Below are positions 35,046-53,072 of a stretch of 64,000 bases of DNA, piece after piece. Position numbers and translations under genes: made by a program. The stretch is taken from the NCBI RefSeq assembly GCF_009914755.1, contig NC_060930.1; one strand, 5' to 3'. The DNA comes from the human T2T-CHM13v2.0 reference genome, Homo sapiens. Within the stretch, counting starts at the first letter, position 1. Every line of letters begins with the position of its first letter. Below the pieces are notes generated by a model. The model made no database searches, had not been told where the DNA came from, and was given only the letters and a program-made list of their open reading frames with translations.

Positions 35046-36440
35046 CCACGTGGGGGATTTTGGTTGTATTTGTGTTAAATCTATAGATCAATTGGAGGAG
35101 AATTGACAACTGTATTGAGTCTTCCAGTCTGTGAATATAGTATGTCTTTACATTTATTTAGATTGTTTTATTTCTTTCATCAGCATTTTGTGGTGTTCAT
35201 ATATAGATCCTTTACGTGGTTTGTTAGATTTATGCAGACTATTTTTCAAAGCCACTGTGATTTAAAAAATTTGGTTTCCGGATATTCATTACTATTATAA
35301 AGAAATATAGTTGGTTTTCATGTGTTAACCTTGTATCCTGCAATCTCACTAAACTGACATTGGTTTTAGAAGGTTTTTATGGAATCCATGAGATTTTTTA
35401 CACAGGCAATCATGTTTGTGAATAGGTACTAGGGACAGTTGCGTTTTCTCCTTTCCAATCTGTATGACTTTCATTAAATTTTATTTCCCTGTTTGACAAG
35501 ATAGGTCTTCCCGTGCAATGTTGAGTAGGAGGGGTGAGGTGGAGTTCCTTGCCTTGTTCCTGATCTTAGAGGGAAAGAAGCATTACGTCTTTCACAGTGT
35601 GTTTAGTTATAGGCTTTTTTGTAGGTGTGCTTTATCGGTTTAGAGAGCTCTGTTCGATTCCTCATTTGCCGACTGCTTGTACCGTGAATTGATGTTGAAT
35701 ATTGTCGGTTGACGTGGTCTTGTTGCAGATTACATTTTCATTGATTTTCAAATATTGCATCTCGGGAATAAACCCCGGATCATGGTGTGTAATTTTTTTT
35801 TATGTATTACTGTTTCAATTTGTTAGTATTTTGCATCTGTGTTGATGAGGGATATTGATTCATGAGGATCTTTTTTTTTTTTTTTGTATTTTCTTTATCT
35901 GGTTTTAGTATCATGATGATGCTCATCTCATAAAATGAGTTAGGAAGCATTCCTTCCACTTCTGTTTTCTGGAAGAAACTATGTAGAGCTCATGTTATAT
36001 CTTTCTAAAATCTTTGGTACTATTTGCTGATGAAACCATTTGGGGCTGCAGATTTCTGTTAAGGAAGATTTTCAACTAGAAATTCAATTTTTTTAATAGA
36101 TAAAGGATTTATTTAGGTTTTTAATTTATTCTTGGATGAGTTTTGGTAGCTCGTGGCCATCAAAGAATTGATCCACTTTATGTAAGTTGTCAAATTTATG
36201 TGTGCACAGTTGTTTGTGTAATTTATTACCCTTTTAGAGTCTGTGGGGTGCTCAGTGATAGCCTATCCTTCATTCCTAATTATTGGTTTTGATTTTTTAA
36301 AATTAATTTCCTATTTTCAATTCCAATGATTTCTGTTCTAATTTTTATTATTATTTTCCTCTTATTCTGCTTGCTTTAGGCTTATATTCTTTTCTTTTTA
36401 TAGTTTTCTAAGGTGGAAGCTTGGATTATTGATACTAAAT

Positions 36441-36736
<296 letters not shown>

Positions 36737-37268
36737 TCTTCTTTTCTAATATATGCATTAAGTGCTAAAAATGTCCATCGAAGCATTGCTTTTACTATAT
36801 CCCACAAGATTTGGTAAGTTGTATTTTCATTTTTATTTGGTTCAAAACAATTAAAAATTTCTCTTGAGACTTTTTATTTTACACAGGTGTTATTTAGAAA
36901 TACGCTGTTTATTCTCTAAATATTTTCAGCATTTTTAGCTCTCTGTTACTACCTTTCAAAAATTATTTATGTAGTTTTAATTTTTCACTTTTTAGTTTTA
37001 ATTCCACTGTTGTCTAACAGCAACTTTGTATTATTTCTGTTCTTTTAAATTTGTTGAGGTATGTTTTCTGGCTAGGATATGATCTAGGTTGGTGAATGTT
37101 CCACGTGATCTTGGGAAGAGTGTGTATTCTGATGTTGATGGATGAAGTAGTCTACAGATGTCAGTTCGATCCAGTTGATTGATTGATGCTGTTTGGTTTA
37201 ACTATATCTGGACTGCCTACTGAATCTGTCAGTTACTGACAGAGGAGTGTTGAAGTCTCCAACCATAA

Positions 37269-38250
<982 letters not shown>

Positions 38251-38819
38251 TAGATCTGAGTTTCTGACCTATATAGTTTCCCTTTTTTCAAAAAACGTAC
38301 CTTAGCATACCTTGTAAGGCAGTCTCCTGGCAACAAATTCCCCCAGTTTTTGTTTATCTGAGAAAGTCTTTATTTCCCCTTTTTTTGAAGGATAATTTCA
38401 CTGGATACAGAATTCTAGGTTGGTGAGTTTTTGCTTTTTTCTTTTCAAAATATTTCATTCCACTGTCATCTTGCTTACATTGTTTCTGATGAGAAGTCTA
38501 ATATAATTCTTATCTCTCTTCTGCACAAACAAGGTATTTTTATTCTGCTTTCTTTCTAGATATCCTCTTAGTCTTTGGTTTTCTGCAGTTTGAATGTGAT
38601 GTGCCTAGCTAGAGATTTTTTGGTGTTTATCCTGCTTGGTGTTCTCTGATCTTCCTGGAGCCATGTTTAGATGTCTGTCATTAATTTTGGAAAATTCCTA
38701 GTGATTATTACTTTGAATATTTCTTTTGCTTATTTCTCTTTCTTCTTCTGCTATTCCCATTAAATGCATATTAGACCTTTTATAATTGTCCCACAGTAAG
38801 TGATAACTCTGTTTGAGCA

Positions 38820-39202
38820 TTTCCTTCCTTCCTTCCTTCTCTTGCTCCCTCTCTCCCTTCCTCCCTCCCTCCCTCCTTCCTTCCTTTTTCTTTCTTTCTT
38901 TTTTTAATTTTTGAGACAGATTCCCGCTCTGTCGCCCAGGCTGGAGTGCAGTGGTGCGATCTCAGCTCACTGGCTCACTGCAACCTCCGCCTGCCAGGTT
39001 CAAGCGATTCTCCTGCCTCAGCCTCCTGGGTAGCTGGGATTACAGGTGCCTGCCACCACGCCCGGCTAATTTTTGTATCTTTAGTAGACATGGGGTTTCA
39101 CCATGTTGGCCAAACTGGTCTCGAACTCCTGAACTCAGTTGATCTGCCTGCCTCAGCCTCCCAAAGTGCTGGGATTATAGGTGTGAGCCATGGCCCCTGG
39201 CC
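38820..39202 (-). mobile_element. AluS with (CCTT)n/(CCCT)n tail
   Basis: Pyrimidine-repeat tail 38820-38905; 9-bp internal duplication gctcactg. Confidence 0.92.
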
Positions 39203-39640
39203 CTGTTTGAACACTTTCATTCTCTTTTTTGTTTTTCTCATGTTTCAGTTTGGGAAGTTTCTGTTGACGTATCTCACAGCCCACTGAATCTTTCTTCAGG
39301 CACATATAACCTACTGATGATACCATAAAGGCATTTTTCATTTCTCTCACAATGTTTTTAATTTCTAGGATTTTCTTTTGATTCATTCTTTTAGTTTCCA
39401 TCTTTCTCATTATTTCCCTTCTATTCTTGCATGTCATCTGCCTTTTCCCTTATATCCTCATTATTTTAAATTCCCTACCTGATAATTCCAAAGTTTGTGC
39501 CACATCTAAGTCAGAGTCTAATGCATAGTTTGTTCTTCAGACTGTTTTTCTTGTATGTTAGCATCCTTGTAATTTTTTGTTCAAAGTCAGACACGATGTA
39601 TCAGGCAATAGGAACTGAGATGATTAGGCTTTCAATGTGA

Positions 39641-40017
<377 letters not shown>

Positions 40018-40597
40018 TAGTTTCCTTTTTCTTGTCTTTGGGTTACCCTAAAACCTCCTTCTTCAATGGAGTCTGTGCTTTACACCTCTCTCAGTTGCAA
40101 TCCTGTTTCCTGTTGTTACGCAGGAACCCTGTTGATGTGATAATTTGAGGGAGAGGAGGTGCTCTCTAACCATCTGATTAAATCTCAGCTTTTTAATGGC
40201 TCTGAAACCTCTAAAGGTGGACTGTGACCTTCAGAAGCTGTTCTTAGCCTTTTTTTTCTCTTTCTTTACCTGATACAGGAAGGCTAGAGGGGCTGGAGTT
40301 GGTTAATTGCCATTCCTCCAAATGAGATAAGACTCAGGTAAAATAGTTTCCCTTAGAAGGCAGGCCTTTGTTATAGAGAACTGAGTGTTTTTCAAAATGT
40401 TTACTTTCCCCCTGGATGTATTTTTAAATGGTTACTTTTCCTTTTCCCCTGCCTGAAACCCTGGTGAGGCTCCTGGAAATAAAGCCCATGAAAGTGTGGG
40501 GCCCCTCTAAGACTAGGCCCTCAGGACAGCTTAACCAGAAGTTCTGTTGTTTACGTTTAAATATTAGCTAGTTATCTTTCTCTTATGATTTTGATTT

Positions 40598-41606
<1,009 letters not shown>

Positions 41607-41607
41607 A

Positions 41608-41752
41608 GAACATATTTTGTATGATTTCAGTTCATATTCTTTATGACTTCAATTCAGTATTTGTGTGATTTCAGTTCAGTCATACAAACATATTTTGTAT
41701 GATTTCAGTTTGTATTTTCAAAATACAAAATCATATTTTGTTTAATTTCAAT
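41608..41752. repeat. Degenerate ~22-bp tandem repeat (catattttgtatgatttcagtt)
   Basis: About five imperfect copies with short inverted pieces. Confidence 0.7.
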
Positions 41753-41782
41753 GCATCTTTTCAATGTATCAAGGGAGGATCG

Positions 41783-42220
41783 CGTCTCACACGTCTGTGT
41801 GCGTGTGAAGAGACCACCAAACAGGCTTTGTGTAAGCAACAAGGCTGTTTATTTCACCTGGGTGCAGGTGGGCTGAGTCCGAAAAGAGAGTTAGCAAAGG
41901 GTGGTGGGATTATCATTGGTTCTTATAGGTTTTGGGATAGGTGGTGGAGTTAGGAGCAATGTTTTGCGGGCAGGGGTGGATTTCACAAAGTACATTCTCC
42001 AGGGTGGGGAGAATTACAAAGAACCTTCTTAAGGGTGGGGGAGATTACAAAGTACATTGATCAGTTAGGGTGGGGCAGAAACAAATCACAATGGTGGAAT
42101 GTCATCAGTTAAGGCTATTTTCACCTCTTTTGTGGATCTTCAGTTGCTTCAGGCCATCTGGATGTACATATGCAGGTCACAAGGGATATGATGGCTTAGC
42201 TTGGGCTCAGGGGCCTGACA
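41783..42220 (-). mobile_element. HERV-H 3' LTR (438 bp)
   Basis: TATAAGA box, AATAAA, type-II repeat. Confidence 0.93.
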
Positions 42221-42366
42221 TTCCTGTCTTCTTTTATTAATAAGAAAAGCAAAACAAAATAGTGAAGTGTTGAGGCGGTGAAAATTTTTGGGGGTGGTAT
42301 GGAGAGATAATGGGCGATGTTTCTCAGGGCTGCTTCGAGTGGGATTAGGGGTGGCGTGGGAACCTA

Positions 42367-44458
42367 CTATGGGAGAGATTCAACTGAAGAAAGATTTTGG
42401 GGTAAGGGGTGATATTGTGGGGTTGTTAAAAGGAGCATTTGTCGTATAGAATTATTGGTGATGGCCTGGATGTGGTTTTGTATGAAATGAGAAGCTAAAC
42501 GAAAGACACAAGGTCCAAATAAAAGAAGGTGAAAAACAGGTATTAAAGGACTAAGAATTGGGAGTACCCAGGACATCCAATTACAGAGTGTCCAAGAGGG
42601 TTCAGTGTAATTATTTGCTTGGTTGGCGAGTTTTTGGGCTGTATCCTTGAGTTTTTTTTTATGTTGTCATATACCAGGCCAGACTGATTTAGGTAAAAAC
42701 AACACTCTTCATTTAAAAATATACAGAGTCCTCCTTTTTCAGCAGTGAGTAAATAGAGGCCTTGGAGGTTCTGAGGACAACTACAGCTAAAAGAGTCAAT
42801 CTGTGCTTGGAGAACAGATGAAGTTTGTGATATATCTGTAATGCTAGCAGAGAAGTCATTAGAGAGGCTGTGGAATGTTGTGGCAGTGGTTGAGATGCCT
42901 GCTATTCCAGTTCCAAGTGCAATAGTGGAGGCAGAAAGTCCTAGACCCACAAGCAAAGGGATTAGTGGGATGACTCTTTCTTGTCGTGTTGATGTCATGA
43001 GGGGGACAGGCAGTAGTTTGTTCCCATCTGCAAACTGGATTTTGGGGGTAAGGAAGACTAGAGTGCATGTGCCTGTCCAGTTGGGAGGTAGGCACATGTA
43101 GGTGGAAGAGCCACATAAAAAGAAGAGACCTTGTGTCAGGCAGAACTGGAAATGTAAAGTGAAAAGGTGAGAGGGTGTACTGAAAGAGGAATCCTGCACC
43201 CCAAATCCTAGAGATCCAGCAAGGGCAGCAGCCGTTAGAGGTTGTAATGGGGGTTGATGGTGCGACTGCGTAAAGGGAGGGGTTCGGTTCTCATGGTGTA
43301 TGAGAAAGCGCATAGTGTCTACAAGTAACCTTTCACTGCTATTCATGGGGCTGGGTATAAGCAAGCAAGAGGAGGGGCTAGGAGGAGATTCAGACGAGCA
43401 GGGGGAGGGTAGCCCAGGATGGAGTGAGATGCAGGGTATGTGTCTTCCTAAACAATAGTGACTGCCAATGTGTTTTAGTTTGTCAGTAATGGGCTTATCA
43501 GTAATGTGAAGTTGGAATGCTCCCATCTGTTTGGTTATGTGTGTGGCTGGGTTCTGGAGATAAAGAGTAAAGGAACATTTGGACAGAAGAAGGTTGCCTA
43601 AAGGGATTCCAGCAGGCTGTTGTCGGGAGAAGCATAAAGGAGTGGCAACAGGGATGGTTGTTTGTGTGGTCAGGGGTCCAAATATGGGGTGGGGGTGGAA
43701 TTGACATAAGGAGAAAGGTGCCGTAAGTAGATGCGGAGAAGTGTGGCAGCTTGTTGGTGTGAAATGTCTGGGGAGTTCTCACCAAATCTGTCTAGAAAGT
43801 AAAGAATTTCCTCAGGCAGGTATAGATGAGGGCTATTAAAGGAGGTTCTGAGGTGCAGGGAGATGGAACAGGTAGCCAAGTTGGCCTGTAGAGCGGGGAT
43901 GGCTGTGTAAAAGCAGGAAGAGGCCGGGCGCGGTAGCTCACGCCTGGAATCCCAGCACTTTGGGAGGCTGAGGCGGGTGGATCATGAGGTCAGGAGATCG
44001 AGACCATCCTGGCTAACACGGTGAAACCCCATCTCTACTAAAAATACAAAAAATTGGCCGGGCGTGGTAGCAGGCACCTGCAGTCCCAGCTACTTGGGAG
44101 GCTGAGGCAGGAGAATGGCATGAACCTGGGAGGCGGAGCTTGCAGTGAGCCAAGATTGCTGCCACTGCACTCCAGCCTGGGCGACAGAGCGAGACTCCGC
44201 TTCAAAAAAAAAAAAAAAAAAAGCAGGAAGAAAGGGAAATGCATAGCCAACAATTCTTTGCTAGAGGAGGATTGGAGGATTGAAGGCAGTGAGAAGAGAG
44301 TGGGTGAGATTGATAGTGTGCTGGAGATGCTGGAGGTAACTAGGGAGGGGTAGAGAGTGGCATAAGAATGGGAATGAGAATAAGAGGGAGTATAAAAGCA
44401 AAGAATAGAACTTCATCAGGGTGGAAGTATTGGAGTGTGCCCTGCCACCAAAGATCAT
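42367..44458 (-). pseudogene. env: HERV-H env, full length but frameshifted and AluY-interrupted
   Basis: [22 protein letters not shown]-terminus, CWLC, YMCLPPNWTGTC, RQER/VIPLIP, LLTAEKGGLCIFLNEECC (ISD + CX6CC), TM segment in ORF 42367-42576. Confidence 0.92.
43922..44221 (+). mobile_element. AluY inserted in HERV-H env
   Basis: TSD aaaagcaggaaga. Confidence 0.95.
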
Positions 44459-44719
44459 CTACCTGCTCCAAGAGGGAGTCAAGAGTGGTGGTTTGGGGAT
44501 AGCACCAGGAGATAACAGCTGTGATGGCTTGGAGAAACAGTGTAAACCGGCAGTGTAAACAAGAGCAGGTCATTTATGAGTAGTTGAGAATACAGTAGGG
44601 ATGACAAGTTTTTGGGGCACAGTCCAAATAGTGGGGGTGACTGCACAAAGCTCTGTTGCAAAGGGTAGGGTAAGGATGGATAGGCCTAATAGAATGAAGG
44701 GATGTATTAGGCTCATAAG

Positions 44720-47250
44720 GGTTATTATTGTTCTTCAGAAATGTGAGTGAGTTTAAGGGAAGTAGGGGAGAGTACTTGCGACTTCCAGGAGGAAGAGGAT
44801 ATATCAGGCTGTCTGGCTGACGGACACAGCTTTATTCTGGAATGGTGAACCCAATGGGGAGGGTCCTGCAGGCGGATCGTGGTTGGGGTACTATAGATGA
44901 CTAAGTAGGGTCCAGTCCATCGAGGTTGTAGAGTTTGAGGGGTCAGATTCTTAACAAGAACTGATCATCCAGCTAGGGTGTCTTCATATGGCTGGGAATC
45001 TGGAGTAGGCAAGAGAAGATTAGCAGCCTGGTGAATTTCCTGTCTAGCCTGTTGGAGGACTGGAAGATAGTCACCTAGAGGGCTGGTGTCTGGGACGAGG
45101 TTGGGGCCGAGTAAGAAAGTGCGTCCATATAAAAGTTCAAATGGACTGTACCCTGTAGCATCTTGAGGACAGGCTCTAATTCTGAGAAGGGCAAGAGATA
45201 AAAGTACTGTACAGTCCTTTTTAAGTTGGAGGCTAAGCTTAGTGAGGCATGTCTTTAAAAGACCATTAGTCTGTTCTACCTTTCCTGAAGATTGGGGATG
45301 GTAAGGGGTATGAAGGTTCCACTGAATACCAAGAGCCTGAGAAACTGCTTGGGTGATTTGACTAATAAAGGCCGGTCCGTTATTGGACTGTATAGAGGTG
45401 GGAAGGCCAAACCGAGGAATTATGTCTGACAAAAGGGAAGAAATGACCGCGGTGGCCTCTCAGATCCTGTGGGAAAGGCCTCTACCCATCCAGTGAAAGT
45501 GTCTACCCAGACCAAGAGGTATTTTAGTTTCCTGACTTGGGGCATGTGAGTAAAGTCAATTTGCCAGTCCTGGGCAGGGCAAATCCTCGAGCTTGATGTG
45601 TAGGGAAGGGAGGGGTCTGAACAACCCCTGAGGGGTAGTTGAGTAGCAGATGGAACACTGAGAAGTGATTTCCTTGAGGATAGATTTCCACGATGGAAAG
45701 GAAATGAGAGGTTCTAAGAGGCAGGCTAGTGGCTTGTAACCTACATGGAAGAGGTTATGAAATGACGACAGAATAGAATGGGCCTGTGAGGCTGGAAGGA
45801 GATATTTTTCTTGATCGAAGAACCATTCGCCTTGTGTGGGAAGAGATTGATAGGTGGAAACTTCAGTAGGAGAGTAAATAGGAGTGACCAATGAGAAGGA
45901 GAAAAACTGGCCATGAGGGACAGAAATTGGAATGCTAGCTGCTTCTTTAGCTGCCTTATCAGCATAAGCATTGCCCTGAGCAATGGGATCTGATGCCTTT
46001 TGATGGCCCTTGCAGTGTATGACTCCAGTTTCCTTTGGAAGTAAAGTGGCCTTGAGAAGAGTTTTTATTAAAGAGGCATTAATGATGGAAGACCCTTGCG
46101 TAGTAAAGAAACCTCTTTCAGCCTGTATAACAGCATGGTGGTGCAGGATCTGGAAGGCATATTTAGAGTCAGTATAAATATTGTCATGTAATTCCTTTGC
46201 AAGAGTGAGGGCTCAAGTTAAGGCAATGAGTTCGGCTTGCTGAGAGATAGTGGAGGGGCAGAGCGGTAGCCTCAACGATAGATGTGGAAGATACTATAGC
46301 ATAGCCTGCCTTTGCTGGTGAGTGGCAATTAGGCCTGGTGGAACTGCCATTAATAAACCAAATGTGATCAGGGTGAGGAACAGGAAAGAAGGAAATATGG
46401 GGAAATGGGGTGAATGTCAGGTGGATCAGAGAGATACAGTCATGGGGGTCAGGTGTGGTATCAGGAATAACATGGGAGGCCGGATTGAAGTCTGGGCCAG
46501 GAACAATGGTAACTGTGGGAGACTCGACAAAGAGTGAGTACAGCTGAAGGAGCCGGGGAGCAGAAAGTATACGTGTCAGGTGTGAGGAAGAAAATAGATT
46601 TTGGAAGTTATGAGAACTGTAGAGAGTGAGTTGAGCATAGTTTGTGATTTTGAGGGCCTCTAAAAGTATTAGGGTGGCGGCGGCCGCTGCACGGAGACAT
46701 GATGGCCAGCCTAAAACAATAAGATCAAGTTGTTTGGGCAAAAAGGCTACAGGGCGGGTCCCGGCTCTTGTGTAAGAATTCTGGCCACACAGCCCTGTAC
46801 TTTGGCTGTGTGTAATGAAAGGGTTGGGATGAGTTAGGGAGAGCTAGTGCGGGAGCAGCTTTTAGGGCTGTTTTTTAAGGAATGGAAAGGGGAGTGGGGA
46901 AAGGATTTAGGATTTATGGGGTCAGCCAGGTTTATCTAGAACAGAAGGTGTTGTGGAGGGAGGTACTGAGGATAGGAGAGTATATGGGTTTGGCACCATG
47001 GGGTGGATAGGCAAGGCAATTTCATTGATAAGGCGCAGATCCTGAACTAACCTGTAAGACTTGTCTGGTTTTTGAACAGGTAAAATGGGAGAATTGTAAA
47101 GAGAGCTTATAGGTTGTAGAAGCCCATGCTGTAGCAGGCGAGTGATAACAGGTTTAATCCCCTTAAAGCCTGCTGTGGGATGGGATACTGGCATTGAGTG
47201 GGGTAAGGGTGATTAGGTTTTAATGGGATAGTAATGGGCGTGTGATCAGT
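44720..47250 (-). pseudogene. pol: HERV-H pol remnant (RT N-terminus, RT core deleted, RNase H, integrase)
   Basis: YNSPILPVQKPDKSYRLVQDLR; WFINGSS; HNLFH...CSIC; IQSNNGPAF...HPQSSGKVE. Confidence 0.9.
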
Positions 47251-47640
47251 TGCCAGGGAGGGAGTGGAGGTATCCCATACTTGTGGGTTAAGGTTGGGGG
47301 ATACGAGAGGAAGACATGAAGGAGGCTTTGGGTTGGGAAGAAGGGTGGCAATGAGATGTGGCTGTAGTCCAGGAATAATCAGGGAAGCAGATAATTTGGT
47401 TAAAATGTCTTGGCCTAATAAGGGAACTGGGCAGGTGGGGATAACTGAAAAAAGAGTGCATAAAAGAATGTTGTCCAAGTTGGCACCAGAGTGGGGGAAT
47501 TTTAAGAGGTTTTGAAGCTTCGCCGGCAATACCCACAACAGTTATGGGGGCAAGGGAAACAGGCCCTTGAAAAGAAGATAATGTGGAGTGGGTAGCCCCC
47601 ATATTGATTAAACAGGGGACGGACGTACTCTCTTCTGTAA
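47250..47640 (-). pseudogene. pro: HERV-H pro remnant
   Basis: LINMGATHSTL (decayed DTG motif); IPTCPVPLLGQDIL. Confidence 0.85.
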
Positions 47641-47699
47641 GTGTTACCGAGGCTTGGCGTCTGGGATGGTCCAGGGGGCTTCTGAGGCGATTGGGCAGC

Positions 47700-49841
<2,142 letters not shown>

Positions 49842-50011
49842 TTAAACACCAAGGGAAGGCTGTCTTCCCAAGTCCGTGACTGGCACCAGAGTTTTCGGTC
49901 CACCGATAAAATGTGTCTCCTTTGTCTCTACTAGAGGAGAAAAAGAACTGGAATTGGAAGGACAGGGGGATTGAAGCGTAGTGAGAGAGGCTGGAGAAGA
50001 GAGTGAAAAGA

Positions 50012-50022
50012 CCGCTTACCCA
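50012..50022 (-). other. HERV-H major splice donor (TTGG|GTAAGC)
   Basis: tttcaaattgg|gtaagcgg at the canonical leader position. Confidence 0.8.
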
Positions 50023-50142
50023 ATTTGAAATTGGTGAGATGTTCCTTGGGCTGGTTGGTCTGAGGACCTGAGGTCATAGGTGGATCTCTTCACGGAGTGA
50101 AGGTGAGGACAAGGGACTGGTCTCCTGAAGGAGTCCCTCTGA

Positions 50143-50160
50143 CCCAGGTCTTTGGCACCA
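50143..50160 (-). other. Primer-binding site, closer to tRNA-Phe than tRNA-His
   Basis: TGGTGCCAAAGACCTGGG, 2 nt after the LTR end. Confidence 0.75.
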
Positions 50161-50162
50161 AA

Positions 50163-50626
50163 TGTCTCACGCATTCGTGTGAAGAGACCACCAAACAGGC
50201 TTTGTGTGAGCAACAAGGCTGTTTATTTCACCTGGGTGCAGGCGGGCTGAGTCTGAAAAGAGAGTCTGCAAAGGGCGGTGGGATTATCATTGGTTCTTAG
50301 AGGTTTTGGGATGGGCGGTGGAGTTAGGAGCAATGTTTTGTGGGCAGGGGGTGGATCTCACAAAGAACATTCTCAAGGGTGGGGAGAATTACAAAGAACC
50401 TTCTTAAGGGTCGGGGAGATTATAAAGAACCTTCTTAAGGGTGGGGGAGATTACAAAGTACATTGATCAGTTAGGGTGGGGCAGAAACAAATCACAATTT
50501 TGGAATGTCATCAGTTAAGGCTATTTTCACCTCTTTTGTGGATCTTCAGTTGCTTCAGGCCATCTGGATGTATACGTGCAGGTGGCAGGGGATATGATGG
50601 CTTAGCTTGGGCTCAGAGGCCTGACA
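50163..50626 (-). mobile_element. HERV-H 5' LTR (464 bp)
   Basis: Extra 31-bp type-II repeat unit at 50401-50431. Confidence 0.93.
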
Positions 50627-51083
<457 letters not shown>

Positions 51084-51294
51084 ATGGTCTCTTTTGGTAA
51101 ATACCAAATTTAGGAAGCATGTATTAGGTGAAATATTCTACAAATATCAATCAGATTAATTGGTTATGATATTTTTAGTTCTGTATCTTTGCTGATTTTC
51201 TGTTCTATTGATTACTGAGAGGAGGGTTAAGCTCTCCACTTATAATTGTGGATTTATCCATTTCTCATTTCAGTTTTATCAGTTTGTCTTCAGA

Positions 51295-51593
51295 TTTTTT
51301 ATTTTTATTTTTATTTAAGTTTTTGCTCTGTCACTCAGGCTGGAGTGCAGTGGTGTGATCACGACTCACTGTAGCCCTGACCTCTGGGGCTCAAGCCATC
51401 CTCTTACCTCAGCTTCCTGAGTAGCTGGGACCACAGGTGTCTGCCACCATGCCTGGCTAATTTTTTTTATTATTTGTAGAGACAGAGTCTCACTATGCTG
51501 CCCAGGTTGGTCTCGAACTCCTAGGCTCAAGCAATCCTCCTGCCTTGGCCTCCTAAATTGCTGGATTACAGTTGTGAGCCACTGTCCCCGGCC
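51295..51593 (-). mobile_element. AluJ-like
   Basis: TSD tcttcagat. Confidence 0.9.
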
Positions 51594-51672
51594 TTCTTCA
51601 GATGTTTTGAAGCTCTGTTAAGTGCACACACATTTAGGATGGCTTTGTCATCTTGGTGACCCTTTTATCATT

Positions 51673-52485
<813 letters not shown>

Positions 52486-52553
52486 ATAACATCTCTCTTT
52501 ATCACTGGTCATTTCTTTTGCTCTGAAGTCTCCTTTGTCTGATATTAACATAG

Positions 52554-52928
<375 letters not shown>

Positions 52929-53072
52929 TCCATCCTTTTATTTTTAAACTCCCTGTATAATTATATTTAAGGTGGATTGTGTGTGTATTGTTTGGTTTTG
53001 TAGACAGCATATAGTTCGGTACTTTTTTTTTTAATTCACTCTGAAAATCTCTTTCACTTGGTATGTTTAGAT

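Noticed and set aside
41608-41752. CRISPR-like repeat array
   Set aside because: Eukaryotic context, degenerate abutting units, no unique spacers or cas genes.
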